A stretch of 64,000 nucleotides of DNA, from positions 248,001-312,000 of the forward strand of contig MU057781.1 in the NCBI GenBank assembly GCA_013265495.1, read 5' to 3'. A program made the translations under genes and the position numbers. Position 1 is the stretch's first letter, and each line of letters begins with the position of its first letter. Positions 21,811 through 34,350 of this stretch are shown one piece after another. Source of the stretch: Vicugna vicugna (Eukaryota). Below the pieces are notes generated by a model, which worked only from the letters and a program-made list of their open reading frames with translations, had not been told where the DNA came from and did not search any database.

Positions 21811-24800
21811 AACACCCCTTCTAGCTGGATCTGTCTGCTCGGCGAACTCCAGCCCCCCCTCCCATGCCTCCCGGCCGTCCTGGAGACGGTTGGGTTTGGA
21901 GCCTGGTAAACGGGGAATCGATGCCATCGATTGCACCTTAAATGTCTGCATTTCTAACTTGCCCTCTGCTACCCGCAGGGGAACGACCACAGAAGGCAGG
22001 GAATGGGCATCACCTTGTGTCCTTCCTCCCTGTGAACTTTCTGGCTGTTTTCAGCCTTCCTCCCCCAGCTCTGCTGCCGGAAGCTTGCAGGAAGGGACGC
22101 ACCCCTGCAAAGTGACCCCCCGAGGAGGGGACTCGGGCTCCCAGGCTCAGCAAACCGTCCGTCCTTGGTCAGCCGCCCTGGGATGAATCCTGCACCAGCT
22201 GTCAAGTGACGGTGGAGATGGCACCGTGGGGTGACGTCTCTGCCCGCAGAGCCCTCCGCTGGGGTCAGGGGGCACAGGCAGCCTCCATGTCTCCGGGCAG
22301 GAGCCTAAGGTCCCCAGGCAGGGAAGAGCATCTTGGCAACGGCTGTGTGACCAGACCCAGCCCACCCGGCCCCGGCGTCAGGGGTGCGGGAACAGCAGCC
22401 GCAGACCAGCCCCTTGCTCTCCTCAGACCCTCTCCTCCGGCCCCCCACCCCCAGTCAGGGCACCCCACGGTCCTTGAAATGTGGTCACCACCTTCAAAAA
22501 CAGGCAGTAACTCAAAAGCCCTCAAAAAGGGAGGGAGGGAGGGAAAAGGGAAAGGAAATTTTTGACCCTCAGATTTGGGGGCGGGTCTGGCTTCCTCTCC
22601 TGAATCTTGTGATTTTGGCAAGCCTGGTACCCAGGCCCTAGAGTGTGCTCATGGCTGACGGTCCCAACACAGCAACGGTGACCACGGGACGTCTTACAGC
22701 ACTTTGACTCAGGGCTCACACGACCTAAGGTGACACTGACTGCACGCGAGGCCCTGCGGCTTTGGCCTGAGGACAGAGTGGACGTCTGCTCTCCCTCCTC
22801 CGCCTGGGGTGCGGCTGGGACTCCGGGTGCTCACCTGCCTCCAGCTGCCCGCTGCTCCCCATGCCCTGCTGTCTGCTCCAGACCAGGACCCGGCACTGCC
22901 AGGCTTTGCTTTTAAATATCCTCCAAGTTAAACGGGAAAAAGAAAAGCCGAATCAGGAGCCAGACTGAGTCAGAACAGGGGATGAAACCCGTGGGCTCGT
23001 CTAGCCTGTGTAGGACCTCCTCCCGACGCGATGCTGGAGTTACTGGGAGTGGATGGAAATGCAGCCCTTTCATTGACGGGTTATGACAGCGACTCTGAGT
23101 CTCAAAATTTTTCCATTAGAAACTCAGCCATTGTGGTTTTCAGGACTTCGTTTACATTTAAAAATGTATCTTTCATGCCTCTCGCATCCCTGGACCTCCC
23201 TGGAGGCCAACAAAGCCTTCCCGGAAGTTAATCCAGGTGCTGATGGAGCTTCCCACCACCGACGTGTCAGCCGACAGACACATCGAAGTGCCAGACGGGG
23301 AGGTGCCCTGCACCCACCTGCCCGAACGGCCGCATCCCGCTCAGGGTGAAGGTCAGTGCTGCGAAACCTGAGCTGCGGAGGCCCGTTCAGATGGGCTGCG
23401 TCCTCCACTCCCAGGGCAGGTCTGAAACGTGGCGCCTCACTCACATTTAGGCAGACACACGTGATCTGGTCTCATGGAAAACGCGCTTGTTTGCGAGCTG
23501 TGCAGGAGGAGAGCTTGGGGAGGGAGGAGACGGGACGGAGAGGCTTTCTGGAAGCCTCAACCCAGGCAAAGTGGAGGGAAATGCATTCCAGGTTCCTGAT
23601 TTTAGCAAACACTTTAAAGTCCTGAAAGCTCCTCAAGTCGCCACATGACCTCCTCCCTGAGCTGCAGAGGCCATCCTGCCGTCTCCTCCCTGTGTAAGGC
23701 GCTGCCCGCTCTCAGCCCCAGCCCTGCGAAATAGCACCGTGGAAATGCCAGCGCTTTTGGGAGTGTGTCGCTTCCCTTGTTTGGGGAGTGCTCATTTGCA
23801 TATTTCTCAAATTTCACCTAATAATGAGCTGGGTTTTGCATTTGAGTTACATCATTTGAAGAGAGCAGAACAACGCTAAGTGGCCCAGGGTGTCACTCGC
23901 TGATCTATGTGCTTTTCTCCCCACTGCGTAGAACCCGCAGCCCGGCGGACGCCGCGTGATCACTCAGCGCCGCTCTCCAGGCTGCAGGGGGGCCCCGGGC
24001 AGACAGCGCGCTGGTGCAGGCGACAGGGTCTGTGGAAGAGGGCTGGGATCCCTCCGCAGTAAACAAACCAACGTTGCAGGGGCCGCGTGCTCGGTGTCCA
24101 TTCCGGCCACCGCCCTTGCAGGAGAGGACACTGGGGACAGCCAGGTGTCCCCGTCTCAGACTAAGCACCGGGATAGGCAGGAACAGACCCTCGGTCACCC
24201 GGGCCCTGCAGTGGGGTCTTCATCGCTCCTGTGAGGTCTTCTAAGAGGAAGACACTGTCTCAGGTGCTGACACTGGCCGAGCGGAGGCCTAGAAAAGGCA
24301 GAGGGAGACAAGGAACACGCACGTCACTGACCTGGCGTGGAAAGAAGGGCCTTACGGCAGATGTGGTTTCGGTGGGTGAAGCTAAAAGCACTGACGCGGG
24401 AATGCGTGAGGCAGGACGGGGGCCCCTTCAGTGGTTTAGAAATACAAGAAAAGCGTCGATCATTTTGGAGTTACGTCTCAGTCGCCGGTCTGCCTTTTAC
24501 AGCCGCAATGTAGCTCTGAGGTTGAGCCTGGACCGCGTGGTGCATCCCCGGCCTCACTAGGTCTGAACTGAGCACGTCCGCTCCGCCTCCTCAGCCTCGT
24601 CGTGAGCCCTCGGGGGCAGGGCTTCCCTCGGACGGGACGTGGTCCCCATGCCTAGCCCCGCGTTACAGGTACTATGAAGAAATGTCCTCAAAAATGAGGT
24701 TAGGTTTTGATCTCTTTGTTTGTGGACAAGAAATCCTTACTATGTAACGTTTGATTTTCATAGTGTCTACGACCACATGGGGAAAATACACCATTTGACT

Positions 24801-25544
24801 GTCGTGAAACGGGGCATTTGAGGGTCCGTGCTGGGAGCTGGTAAAGAGGGAAAATGGGTTTTAAATGACTCTAACGACTTCCGGACTCGTGGGCTCAGCA
24901 GAGGCTCCGATGGGACATGAGGCGCCGATGGGACGTGAGGCATGGTGACTGAGGTCCGGTTACTCAGGGATTGGGGGTTTAGGCTCTTCTCCGCTCACGC
25001 CTTGTGTTGAGATGCAGGCAACCAATTAAAACCTACATTTCTAAGTAAAAGGGGGGAGTGCGATAAGTGGGAGTCTAACCCAGGGGGTAAGTTTCAGGGA
25101 CAATGGTGGCTGAGTAAGGGAAGGTTCCACCGCGAGGACCCTGGGTCTCCAGGAGCGCTCGTCAGAGGGAGGTGGGGTGGCAACGCCTGCGGGACGTCCT
25201 CATAGTCGGGGACCATGCCCATCCCCCGCCACAGAGGCTGGGACAGCAGCTCCTGATGGGGTCAGGGAGAGGCGGGAACAAGAAGGCGGCAAGACAGCGC
25301 TCACTGGGGCAGGGTGAGGGAGAGACGCAGGGAGGGTGCAGCATGGAGGCCAGCAAGCAGGACCCCTCGGGGAGGGGACCAGAGACATGAACACCCCGGC
25401 TGCTTCTCCTTCCCCTGGGTCACCATTTGGCCGAAACCAGCAAGAAGCCACTGATTAGGTCCATTCAGATCAGCCTCCTGGAGCCCAGAGCAGGGAGGAG
25501 GGGGGAACACGGCAGGCGGGGGCCAAACGGAAGACACCCAGCGA

Positions 25545-26035
25545 GGCGCTGCCCAGGGGAATGTCCACAGCGGCACGGTTTAGAACGGCCAAAAGCTAGA
25601 AACTGCCCAAATGCTCATCAGCTATCAATCCACAGACAAAACGAGGTCTCTCCTTACAACGAGATCATTCAGCCGCAGTGACACCTTCTTCAACAAGTGA
25701 GGATGAGCCGTGAGGACACGATGCTCAGTGAGAGAGCCCGTCACAAAGGACCACACGTCACAGGGTCCCCTTTATACGGAATGTCCCGAAGAGGGAAATC
25801 CTTAGAGACAGAAAGTAGATGAGCGGCTGCCTAGGCTGGGGGAGGGGGTGCTGGAGAGAGGGGGGGGGGTGTCTAAGGGTGTGGGTTCCTTTTTGAGGTA
25901 AGGAAAATGTTCTTAAATGGACTTTTGTGAGGTTTGCACACATCTGTGAAGTTACCAAAAGCCACTGGATTGTACATTTAAATTCATGAGTTGTACAGCT
26001 TGAAAATTATATAAATAAAGCTTTTATGAAAGAAA
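25545..26035 (+). mobile_element. L1MB-like 3' end
   Basis: CCTTAGAGACAGAAAGTAGATGAGCGGCTGCCTAGGCTGGGGGAGGG...GGAAAATGTTCTTAAATGGAC...CCAAAAGCCACTGGATTGTACATTTAAA...AATAAAGCT matches the recalled L1MB 3' UTR and ends in AATAAA. Confidence 0.85.
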
Positions 26036-26750
26036 AATGTGTGTGTGTGATTTTTTTAAATAAGGCAATTGCAGTATGGGGAAAGAATGGGATAATTATA
26101 TCAAAATATGTCTCTACAGTTGCTACATTTGAACATCACATTTAGAGCTGAGTTTCTTGGCCTTCATGACTCAGAGGGGAGTCATTCTTCCTGTCTGATT
26201 CAAGGGGAAATGCCATGTCGCCGGGGAAGTGTCATTTTTCCTTGTGCTTACTACTAAGATGCACCGTGAGTTGGGTACCAGGTGCGGTCGGTAAAAGCAG
26301 CTGTACGGAAAGACAGTTGGCCATCAGCTGACCTCTGGTGGTTATGCAGGGACCCCATGGCGTGAAGCCAGTCCCAGCTTCACTTCTGGGGAGAGCTGGG
26401 CCACCTGTCGAGTGTGCATGGGTTTCCCATGCTAGTCTGCACAATGCATCCTGTGCCTGCAGGTGCGAGGCCCTCAGCGTGGGGTTGACACTCAGATGAC
26501 ACACCTGTGGGGTCTTGGAGCTCAGGACACCAAGGGAGGCAGGGCCCTGGGCCTACAAAGATAAGCCTGGGCATATGGGAGCACTTGTGGGGACAGACCA
26601 CGCCTGTGTCTCTCTACCCGTAATTCAAGGACGTGGTTCCCATGTGGCCCAGAAGATTTCACTTGGACATATAGGGCAAATTCCACTTTATTCCCATTTT
26701 CATGGTGAAAATTCACTGCTAATTTTCAGGGGAAGAGAGTAGAGAGAGGC

Positions 26751-27194
26751 CAGCCACTTTTTTTAATTATTATTGCTGAAGTACAGTCAGTTACAATGTG
26801 TCAATTTCTGGTGTAGAGCATCGTGTCCCAGTCATGCATGTACATACATATATTTGTTTTCAGATTCTTTTTCTTTAAAAGTTATTACAAGATAGTGAAT
26901 ATAGTTCCCTGTGCTTTTTTAATCTATTTTTATATATAGCGGTTAACCTTTGCAAATCCCAAACTCCCAAATTTATCCCTTCCTATCCCCTTTCCCCCGT
27001 TACCATAAAATCCTTGACAAAATATTAACAAACAGAATCCAACAGCACATAAAAAAGATCATACACAATGGTCAAGTTGGATTCATCCCAGGGACACAAG
27101 GATCATTCAACATATCTAAGTCAATTGATGTGACACACCACATCCACAGAGGGACAAGGGTCACAGGGCCATCTCAGTAGATCCGGCCACTTTT
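26751..27194 (-). mobile_element. 5'-inverted, truncated camelid-type L1 insertion with 11-bp TSD
   Basis: Seen: an antisense 3' UTR with T-tail (26762-27008) fused to a sense RT fragment (27007-27182) reading [48 protein letters not shown]. The L1 ORF2p RT is recalled as [62 protein letters not shown] 26751-26761 / CGGCCACTTTT 27184-27194. Confidence 0.9.
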
Positions 27195-27309
27195 GAGAGC
27201 TGCCTTGTGTACAATACTCTTGCTACATAGATTATGTCTAACTTGAAAAACAAAAATACGGTTCTTGTATCCGAATTTGGAACTTATAGAGTAACAAGAG
27301 CCAAAATGA

Positions 27310-27445
27310 AGTGAGCACCTGCCAGGGGCTGCACGGAGCCCTTGCAGGCAGCCTCCTGCATTTATCACAACGGCCCCATGAGGCCTGCACTTGTGTTATC
27401 CCGTTTTATGGATGAGAGGACTGAGGCTGGAAGAGGTGATGAGTG
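27310..27445 (-). mobile_element. MIR remnant
   Basis: TCACAACGGCCCCATGAGGCCTGCACTTGTGTTATCCCGTTTTATGGATGAGAGGACTGAGGCTGGAAGAGGTGA matches antisense MIR (CACAACAACCCTATGAGG...ATCCCCATTTTACAGATGAGGAAACTGAGGC). Confidence 0.75.
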
Positions 27446-28019
27446 GGGACTGAGGTCTCAGCCTCCAGGGCTTGTGGACTTCCCACTCCTCTGAGCTGAC
27501 CTGTCACCCTGGACTCATCTCCATGGTTCTTAGAAGCCAGTCCCTACAAGTCCTGATGGTGTTTTCTGACTCTCTTCTGTTGCCTGACAATCCGGGTGCC
27601 GTGCGTGGTGTTTGTGCCAACAGTACATGACAGCTGAGATCCAGAGCTGTCATCCAGTTCCTCACGACAGAAGCCTTCCGGGGAGCAGTGTGATGCTCTC
27701 CACAACCACAGGACACATTTGCCAAAGCAAATTCGTCTCCACAACGGCAGCTTAGGAGCCTCGTGTGTCTTCTTTGTCTCCGCTCCTGGAAGGACACCAC
27801 AGTCTCGTCGCGTCTGGTCAAGCCGGGCCGGGCTCCGCTTCCAGCACCAGAGGGCACACCCGCGAGGGTCCTGGGCGTGTGCCTCGGCTTGGTGCGGGGC
27901 TGAAGCATAGCCGGTCTTCTGAGTAACATTGCTGAAGAAGCAACATTACCTGAAACAAGAGAGGCTGAGATGATGAGACACTTAATAAAACACAAATGGG
28001 ACCCGGACCATTTGTGCTG

Positions 28020-28330
28020 CAGGTTTGGGGCGTGATTAATGAAAATGACCGGCTTAATATGCCTGGCGATGAACAGCCTTCATGCCGCCTGCTCTTTTAT
28101 CACATCCCGGCAGCGGGCTATTAATAGCGACTGAGCCCCAACTTGTCCTTTCAAACATTTCAAACACAAATAATAGAAGATTTCCAATTAGAAGGGATAA
28201 TCTCCCTTCAGAAGCCAAGTAGTAAGCACAGTGGATAATTTTAGAACCTTTGGGGATATAAAGATTCCTTTCTATCTCCCCATAAGCAGTGAGTCGGCAG
28301 CTTTGATGAACAATTTAAAAATAGAAGACG
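28020..28330. promoter_or_regulatory. Candidate conserved non-coding element
   Basis: Seen: non-repetitive AT-rich block with TGATTAAT (PBX-HOX type) at 28033-28040, CTATTAATAG, CCAATTAG and GGGATAAT. Conservation is untested. Confidence 0.35.
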
Positions 28331-28899
28331 GACGCACAGAGACGTTGCGAAGCGTGGGCTTTTGTCCATGGATTTTTTTTATTGTTCCTGCTTTTCTGAA
28401 ATGCTGTCATTACACAAAACATTATTTCAGTTAGTTTTCTGCAAACCCCCAAGTCATATTCAGTAAGCTTTTACCGATTGAGAAATTAGGAATGAGGCAA
28501 CAGAAAAAAAAAAACTGGTTTATGAGAGAAATAGCAAGGGCCCTCAGGTTTTGTGATGCTTAAAACTGTGTTTGAAGACTGTCTATCTGCTTGCCATTTC
28601 GAATGAGGATACGTATGGATTAATCACGAGGGCGGCACGGGTGTTAAAACTGTTATCTGATCCAACCTGGACTGACAGAGATTTATTTAATAAACATGTC
28701 TACGGTGTTTTCTCCTAGCACTAATTCAGACTTAATATATGTTTCCTCATTTCTACCCTTCATAAAGAATTCCATAGTCCTAGACACAAGATGAGCGTAA
28801 AGCTGGCCCCAAAGGAAATTCTGGGAGACTGAGCTGGTCCGAATAAGTCTTAGGAGCGTTTCCTCCAAGCCTCTGGTAATTTCTGACATGGTATCAGCT

Positions 28900-28928
28900 A
28901 AAAAAAAGAAAAGAAAAGAAAAGAAAAA
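28900..28928. repeat. (AAAAG)n microsatellite
   Basis: Seen: A8G followed by four AAAAG units. Confidence 0.9.
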
Positions 28929-28939
28929 GGGGATGGCTG

Positions 28940-29230
28940 GCTAAATGCAATATGGAGAAAAGAGCCTCATTTTCTCTGCAGAAATTCATTATTTGCACCC
29001 AAAGGACCTCCCAGTTTCGTGTCCCTCTGCAGACATGCTTCCTGGAGGGTTTTTTTCCATTTGTTATCAAGCTCAGCCCTAAGCAGGCTATGGTCCCCTG
29101 CGTCAATAATAACAAGGCATTGCTGCCTGCCCGCACCATTATTAGTCTGAATAATATTCCAGATTCGCTCGGTGATCTAAATAGGTCTTTATAACTTGAG
29201 TTCAGTTGGTTCCCTTGGCAATAAGTTTCG
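28940..29230. promoter_or_regulatory. Candidate conserved non-coding element
   Basis: Seen: complex non-repetitive block, less GC-rich than its flanks, with several ATTA/TAAT cores (TCATTATTTGC, TCAATAATAACAAGG, CCATTATTAGTCTGAATAATATTCC). Inference only. Confidence 0.25.
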
Positions 29231-30689
29231 AAGAGCTCTCGGAAACGGGAGCACATCGGGGAGGGGTCACGAAAGGGGTTAGTAGCGGGGTGGGGGCGGT
29301 GAGAGCCCACGCATGGCGCTGTTCCTTCCGGCAGTTCTCACCCCCCCCCCCCCGCTGGCAGTCAGCTTCCGCCCTGAGGCCCCGCTCACCCGAGGCAGCC
29401 GAGGCTGCAGGACTTGTCCAGGGTCGCAGGGCAGGTGAGAGCAGAGCTGGGAGTGGACTCATTTGGAGCTGCCACTGTGTCCAAAACAACGGCAGGTCTA
29501 ATTATAGACGCGTGCGGTGCTCGTGTCCCGACACTGGGCTACGCGCCGTGCATCTTCTATCTCCTCCTGCCCCCAGGGCCCCCAGGTTGCCTGCTCTCAC
29601 TACGCCCACCACACAGTCGAGGCGGAGGGTCAGAGAGGAGGAGCAGCTCAAAGGGGCAAACAGCCAGACAGCGAGGAGTCCAGATTCTCAGCAGGCACCT
29701 GGCTCCAGAACCACCTGCTCTTGCTGCTCCGAGCCACAGCGGGCGCCGGAAGCAAGGTTCACTGGGAATGAGGATCGAAGCTGCAGAGCCATGGCGGGTG
29801 TTCTGGGGAAGGCCCGTGACGCGCGGCCCTGGGGCAGAGGGACGGGGTGGGCAGAGGGGCGGTGGAGGGGCCGCTCCAGCACCACGGACAGCGGCCGGGG
29901 CCTGGAGGGTTCGGGACGGTGCGGCCTAAGGTGGCGTTTCCTGCAGCCCTGCAGGCAGCCAGGACCAGAGGTCTTCAGCGTCCCATCTAAAGACGCTTTG
30001 GTCCCTGGAGCCCCGTCCAGGCGATGTCACTGCCTTCAATTATCCTTAAACAAGGTTTTGAAAAGTGCCTGTGCCTACTGGACGCTGCCAGGAAAGGCTC
30101 AAAACCAACTGGGCATCCGCTTCTGTGTCTCCGACTCTCAGTGTCCAGATGACCTGAACGGTCCAGCCCTCATTTCTTACGCATCACTTTGCCATCTCTT
30201 TGGAATATTCTTATGGCCCCAAAAGACAGTGTCATGTGATAGGTTTTTGGGGGGGTTCCCAAAACTTGCATGTTCAAGTTGACAGGTTCAGTGAAGGGTT
30301 TGCCTGTCCTTTGCTTGTATCGGAGCTTCTTTCTGGGAACCAGAAATCTCTATTTGCAGAAAATCATTGCTTCTGCTAGTGATGTGATGAGGGAGGGGTG
30401 ATTCTTTGGATGTTCTGATGGAATCGTAGCCCATGCATTCTGAGGAACCGGAAATGTGTCCACCATGGTCTCCCGATCCCTGGCCCAAGCAGCAGCCCTC
30501 GGACTGTTCTTTACACATTCCTCTGCCGTGACTTCTTACGAATTTATGAGGTCATCTGATTTCACAGACTGAAATGTCTGGTCATCGTGGTGGTTTACAG
30601 ACTTAACCAAGAGCCCATACAACATCCTGTATTAAGGCAAACAAAAGGATTTCTTAAAATGCATTTTCTCTCATGCACAAACCAGGCAC

Positions 30690-31060
30690 AGAGACAGCTT
30701 CAGCCCCCCGGGCACTGGCTCCTGGTGCAGGATGTTGGGCCAGCCCTGACCTGTGCACTGGGATCCCTGGGTGGAGCTGGAATCAAACGAGGAGGGAAGC
30801 AAGGTTGTTCAGCAGATCATCAGGGAGGCCCTCTGCGGAGGGGTGTTTATACCTCAACCAGTCGGACGAGATGGGGCCACCTGGGGCAGGAGCGAGGGCA
30901 GCGGAAGCCCAGGTGCAAAGGCCAGAGGAGGAGGTCCGTGAGTTCCAGAAGCCGAAAGGCTGCTGACACACTGGAGCATCGCGGACAAGGAAGAGGGCCT
31001 AGGAGGGCCATCTGGGCCACTGTCAGCGGCTTGGAGTTTGCCGTGAGACCGACAGAAAGG
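30690..31060 (-). mobile_element. L2 remnant
   Basis: GATCATCAGGGAGGCCCTCTGCGGAGGGGTG...GGGCAGCGGAAGCCCAGGTGCAAAGGCCAGAGG...GGCTTGGAGTTTGCCGTGAG resembles antisense L2 (CAGGGAAGGCTTCCTGGAGGAGG...GGAACAGCATGTGCAAAGGCCCTGAGG). Confidence 0.6.
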
Positions 31061-31729
31061 GTAGGCAGAATGCCTTACGTGGTTACACTCTCCTCCTGGT
31101 TGTGCTCTGGAACCTAGTCACTGGGAGAGCATCAGACCCCCGGATGCTCCTCTTCCAAACCCCTGGGGTCATCTGTCCTCTGTCCCATCCCTAACCAGGC
31201 GGGCAGTCTCCAGATCTCCAGTCTCACCTGGGAACACCTGACAACAGCTCACTTTGCACCTGTCACCTTTGCAGAGTCTCCCTGTCAAGGTTGGATGTGA
31301 GAGTCACAGGACCACCGGGCACCCATCCACACAAGATTCAGAAGGGTGGGGCAATTAGCACACCTCGGGGCACATCCTCAACTGTGGGGCTCCTCCCTGG
31401 GCTGCCTCCTCCCTAAATGCAGTTTCCACGGCAGTTGGACAATGGGCTGGGGGACTGGGGGTCAGCCATCCTTAGCAGGAGCCAGCTTGACATCCCACCC
31501 AGCCTCTCCCTCTGTCTCTGCCCCCTCCCCCTTGGCCCTCACCCCTGTTCTCCAAAACCATGCCCCCAACAAGTGACAGCGGCTCTGACTTCAGGGAACA
31601 CAGGTGCAGGCAGATGGCAAGCAGGGAAGCGGGGGACCGTGCAGCCGGCTCGAGACTGACCTGAGGACGCGCAGGGGCAGCAAAGCCGGAGCCCCAGCAG
31701 CCCCACTCCGGCCTGTCCACCCGTCCGGC

Positions 31730-31900
31730 TCCTTCCATTCTCAGTGCTTCTGCACGCTTCCCTCTGTCCTGCGTGGCTTTCCTACCCCCAACCCACCAAA
31801 CCTTCGCTGATTCCTGGTGTCCTTTAGACTGCAGCTGGGCTGTTCTGGGGAGCCTTCCCTGACCCCTCGGTTGAGGGAAGTGACCCCCTTTATCCTTTAG
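31730..31900 (+). mobile_element. L2 remnant
   Basis: CTCAGTGCTTCTGCACGCTTCCCTCTGTCCTG...TTCTGGGGAGCCTTCCCTGACCCC resembles the L2 3' region (CTCAGGGCCTTTGCACATGCTGTTCCCTCTGCCTGG...GGGAAGCCTTCCCTGACC). Confidence 0.55.
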
Positions 31901-33009
31901 ACCATTTGCCTTCTCAGCCCAGGTCACGGTTTGCAGCTACACACTGCTGCGTGTGTTCACAGGGCGAGGTCCCTCTCCAGCTGGCATCTCTGAGGTCTAG
32001 GAGGGGAGGGGCTCTACCTGGTGCCCCACATCACGCAGCAGGCAGGGTGGGCGTGCGGCAGATCCTGGGTGCTCACAGGAAGGAGCAGGCCCGCAGCCAG
32101 CACAGTCCCAGCCACCGCCCTGCGGCCCGGCACGAGACCTAAGCGCCATCCAGAAATTAGGCATCAGCTCCCACTCACTTCCGGAGAGTCGCACACGGTG
32201 TCTGATGCTGCCATTTGTTTTTGTGAACTCACTCTTAAACCTGGTCCTAAAATAGAGCTAACCTTTCTCCTGGAAATTCAGAGAAACCAAAGGCTCATAA
32301 ACAACGCAAAAACCGTTGTTAACACTCAGGCTGGGGGATGGAAGACGCCCATAACCATTTAAGCGCTGGGTTCTCTGAACTTCATTTTAAAGATGCAGAG
32401 CACTGAATGCTCACATGCCCCTGAGGCAGGATTCGTGTCCTTTCACAGACAGCTGGTTTCGAGTGGAGCCTGGACTGCGGTAGGAATTCCTTCCAAAGTA
32501 TCCTCAGCTCTTCTTTGTAGACTCCTCCCTGGTGAAGAGGAATGTGTCTAATCCAGGCACAAGTGAAGCCTGAGCGTTGTATGGGGTCCCGTGGGCGTCC
32601 CTCCTGCACCCGCCGGGTCAGGGCACCGTTTCTCTTTGGCTTCTCTGTACCTACTTTGCCCACTGCCTCCACTTTCTTCTTGTTTCCCACACTGTTCAGA
32701 CGTATGAACGTTCCTACGGGCACAAATGTGATCATATGTACACACAGCACACAAGAATCCCCCCTTCAAAACACAACGTTCTCAGTGGTTTCAGCCCTCT
32801 TAGAACACAAGTAGAAATGGAGGAAGCTGAGGCGCTGGATTTACCTTCTTGGTCTCCCTCCCTTTCTTCCCCTCTCTCTTTACCTTCCCCTCCCTCCTTA
32901 AATCCTAAATGCGCTTGCAGCTCTCTCTGCAGCAGTGATATTATGGTGCTTTCAAAGAGTAGCTGCGCGCTAACCGACTCTGGGCTCCTGACTTTCTGGA
33001 GAAACTGTA

Positions 33010-33320
33010 CATTGAAAGCCGTCAACTTTTGATTACTAATCTGTTACTAAAAGGAAATAGATTACAACGCGAACCACGGCAATTGCCTGAAATGGAAGCT
33101 GAGAGAGGAACACAAGGAAATTGCCATCCACTGTGGGGCCTGCATTTCATGCTAAAAAACAATCGAGTTCAAATGCAGGGTGAGATTTTAAAACAGTTCA
33201 ATTATCTCTTTAATTATCTTTCATTTAAGGCACAAATCCACCCATCGGTCCTGGTCAGGGTTGGAGACACAGAAATAACGCCTTACAAGCCAATTTAATG
33301 GCCTCCTAATTCTGCCCGAG
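33010..33320. promoter_or_regulatory. Candidate conserved non-coding element
   Basis: Seen: AT-rich non-repetitive island with dense homeobox cores (GATTACTAATC, TCAATTATCTCTTTAATTATC, CCAATTTAATGG, CCTAATTC). Conservation is untested. Confidence 0.35.
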
Positions 33321-33455
33321 GTAGGGGCCAAGTCCGACACAGACGTCTGCTCCTCCGAGCCTGTGAGCACCAGCCTGGAGGAAGGGGATGTAGTTTGAAA
33401 TTCACCTTGTACAGTCTGACAAGATGAGCGTGTTTCTTGGAATTGCAATGGGTTT

Positions 33456-33520
33456 AGTGTGTGTGCGCATGTGTGTATGTGCGCGTGTGTGCACGTGTGT
33501 GTGTGCGCGTGTGTGCGTGT
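33456..33520. repeat. (TG)n/(CG)n purine-pyrimidine alternating repeat
   Basis: Seen: GTGTGTGTGCGCATGTGTGTATGTGCGCGTGTGTGCACGTGTGTGTGTGCGCGTGTGTGCGTGT. Confidence 0.85.
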
Positions 33521-34209
33521 AACCCGTGTGTCCTGGGGGCCAGGGGCTGGGGGCTGGCTCTCAGCAAAGCCGGGCAGAAGGAGCACGTGTGTCTGAGCGG
33601 TCTGCTGCTGCTCTGCCCTTGGAAGCTTGAGTCCCGTGAGGAGTAAATTGCTAGGAAGCTCAGGAAGAAGACAAAGGTCTGAAGAAGGTGGAGGGGCAGA
33701 CAAGGTGACCAGCCTGGAGGGGTCAGGATAATCCGGGTGCGAGACAGTGAGTGTCTGGACCAGTCCATCTGGTAAACCTGCTGGAGAAAAGAATGACCTT
33801 CATGTGCAAAATTTGTTCTCCGTGAGCTCAGGTGTGCTCCCCTATGGCCGTGTGCTTTCCCACCTGTGTACAAAGCAACTTTTTAATACTCTCTCCTTAA
33901 GTCTTGCCGGTGACTGGCATCAAATCCACAAGTACGCAGCCAGCCGTCTCTGCTCCCGAAGCTCCCGGAGAGCTGGGCGGCTTGCTGCCGGGCACGGGCC
34001 CGCCTGCACCGGCCTGCTGATGCCAGCAGCCCCGGCTGGGGGCTCGCCGGCCACTTCTGCTGGGTTGTCGTCTGGCCCCTGTACGACCACCTCTCATTCC
34101 CCAAACGATCTGCTCCATTTCACCAAGGATGAGGTGCCCTTTTGTGTCTGAAGACCAGTCCCCTGAGAGAAGACAGGACCTGGGGAGCCTCTTCATGCAG
34201 CAATGTCTC

Positions 34210-34350
34210 CCCAGCGGCCCAGGCAGGAGACCCGGGCACTCCTGAGACTCCTCTTGTCTGAAACGCCTGCAGCGAGACGTGGCTCCTCCGCACCTTCTCA
34301 GGCTCAGCTCCCCAAGGCCCCTCGTCTCTGCCGTCGTCACAGAATCTCAC
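34210..34350 (+). mobile_element. L2 remnant
   Basis: CCCAGCGGCCCAGGCAGGAGACCCGGGCACTCCTGAGACTCCTC resembles L2 CCCAGTTGCTCAAGCCAGAAACCTGGGAGTCATCCTTGACTCCTC. Confidence 0.4.

Noticed and set aside
24907-24942. 18-bp tandem duplication CCGATGGGAC(A/G)TGAGGC
   Set aside because: Two units only: an ordinary slippage duplication with no further structure.
26950-27180. ORF with a clear reverse-transcriptase motif
   Set aside because: A ~50-codon L1 RT fragment inside an inverted, truncated insertion, not a functional RT or retron-like system.
29206-30282. 358-aa plus-strand ORF
   Set aside because: Starts at a non-ATG codon, crosses a poly-C run, has low-information GC-driven composition and no family resemblance.
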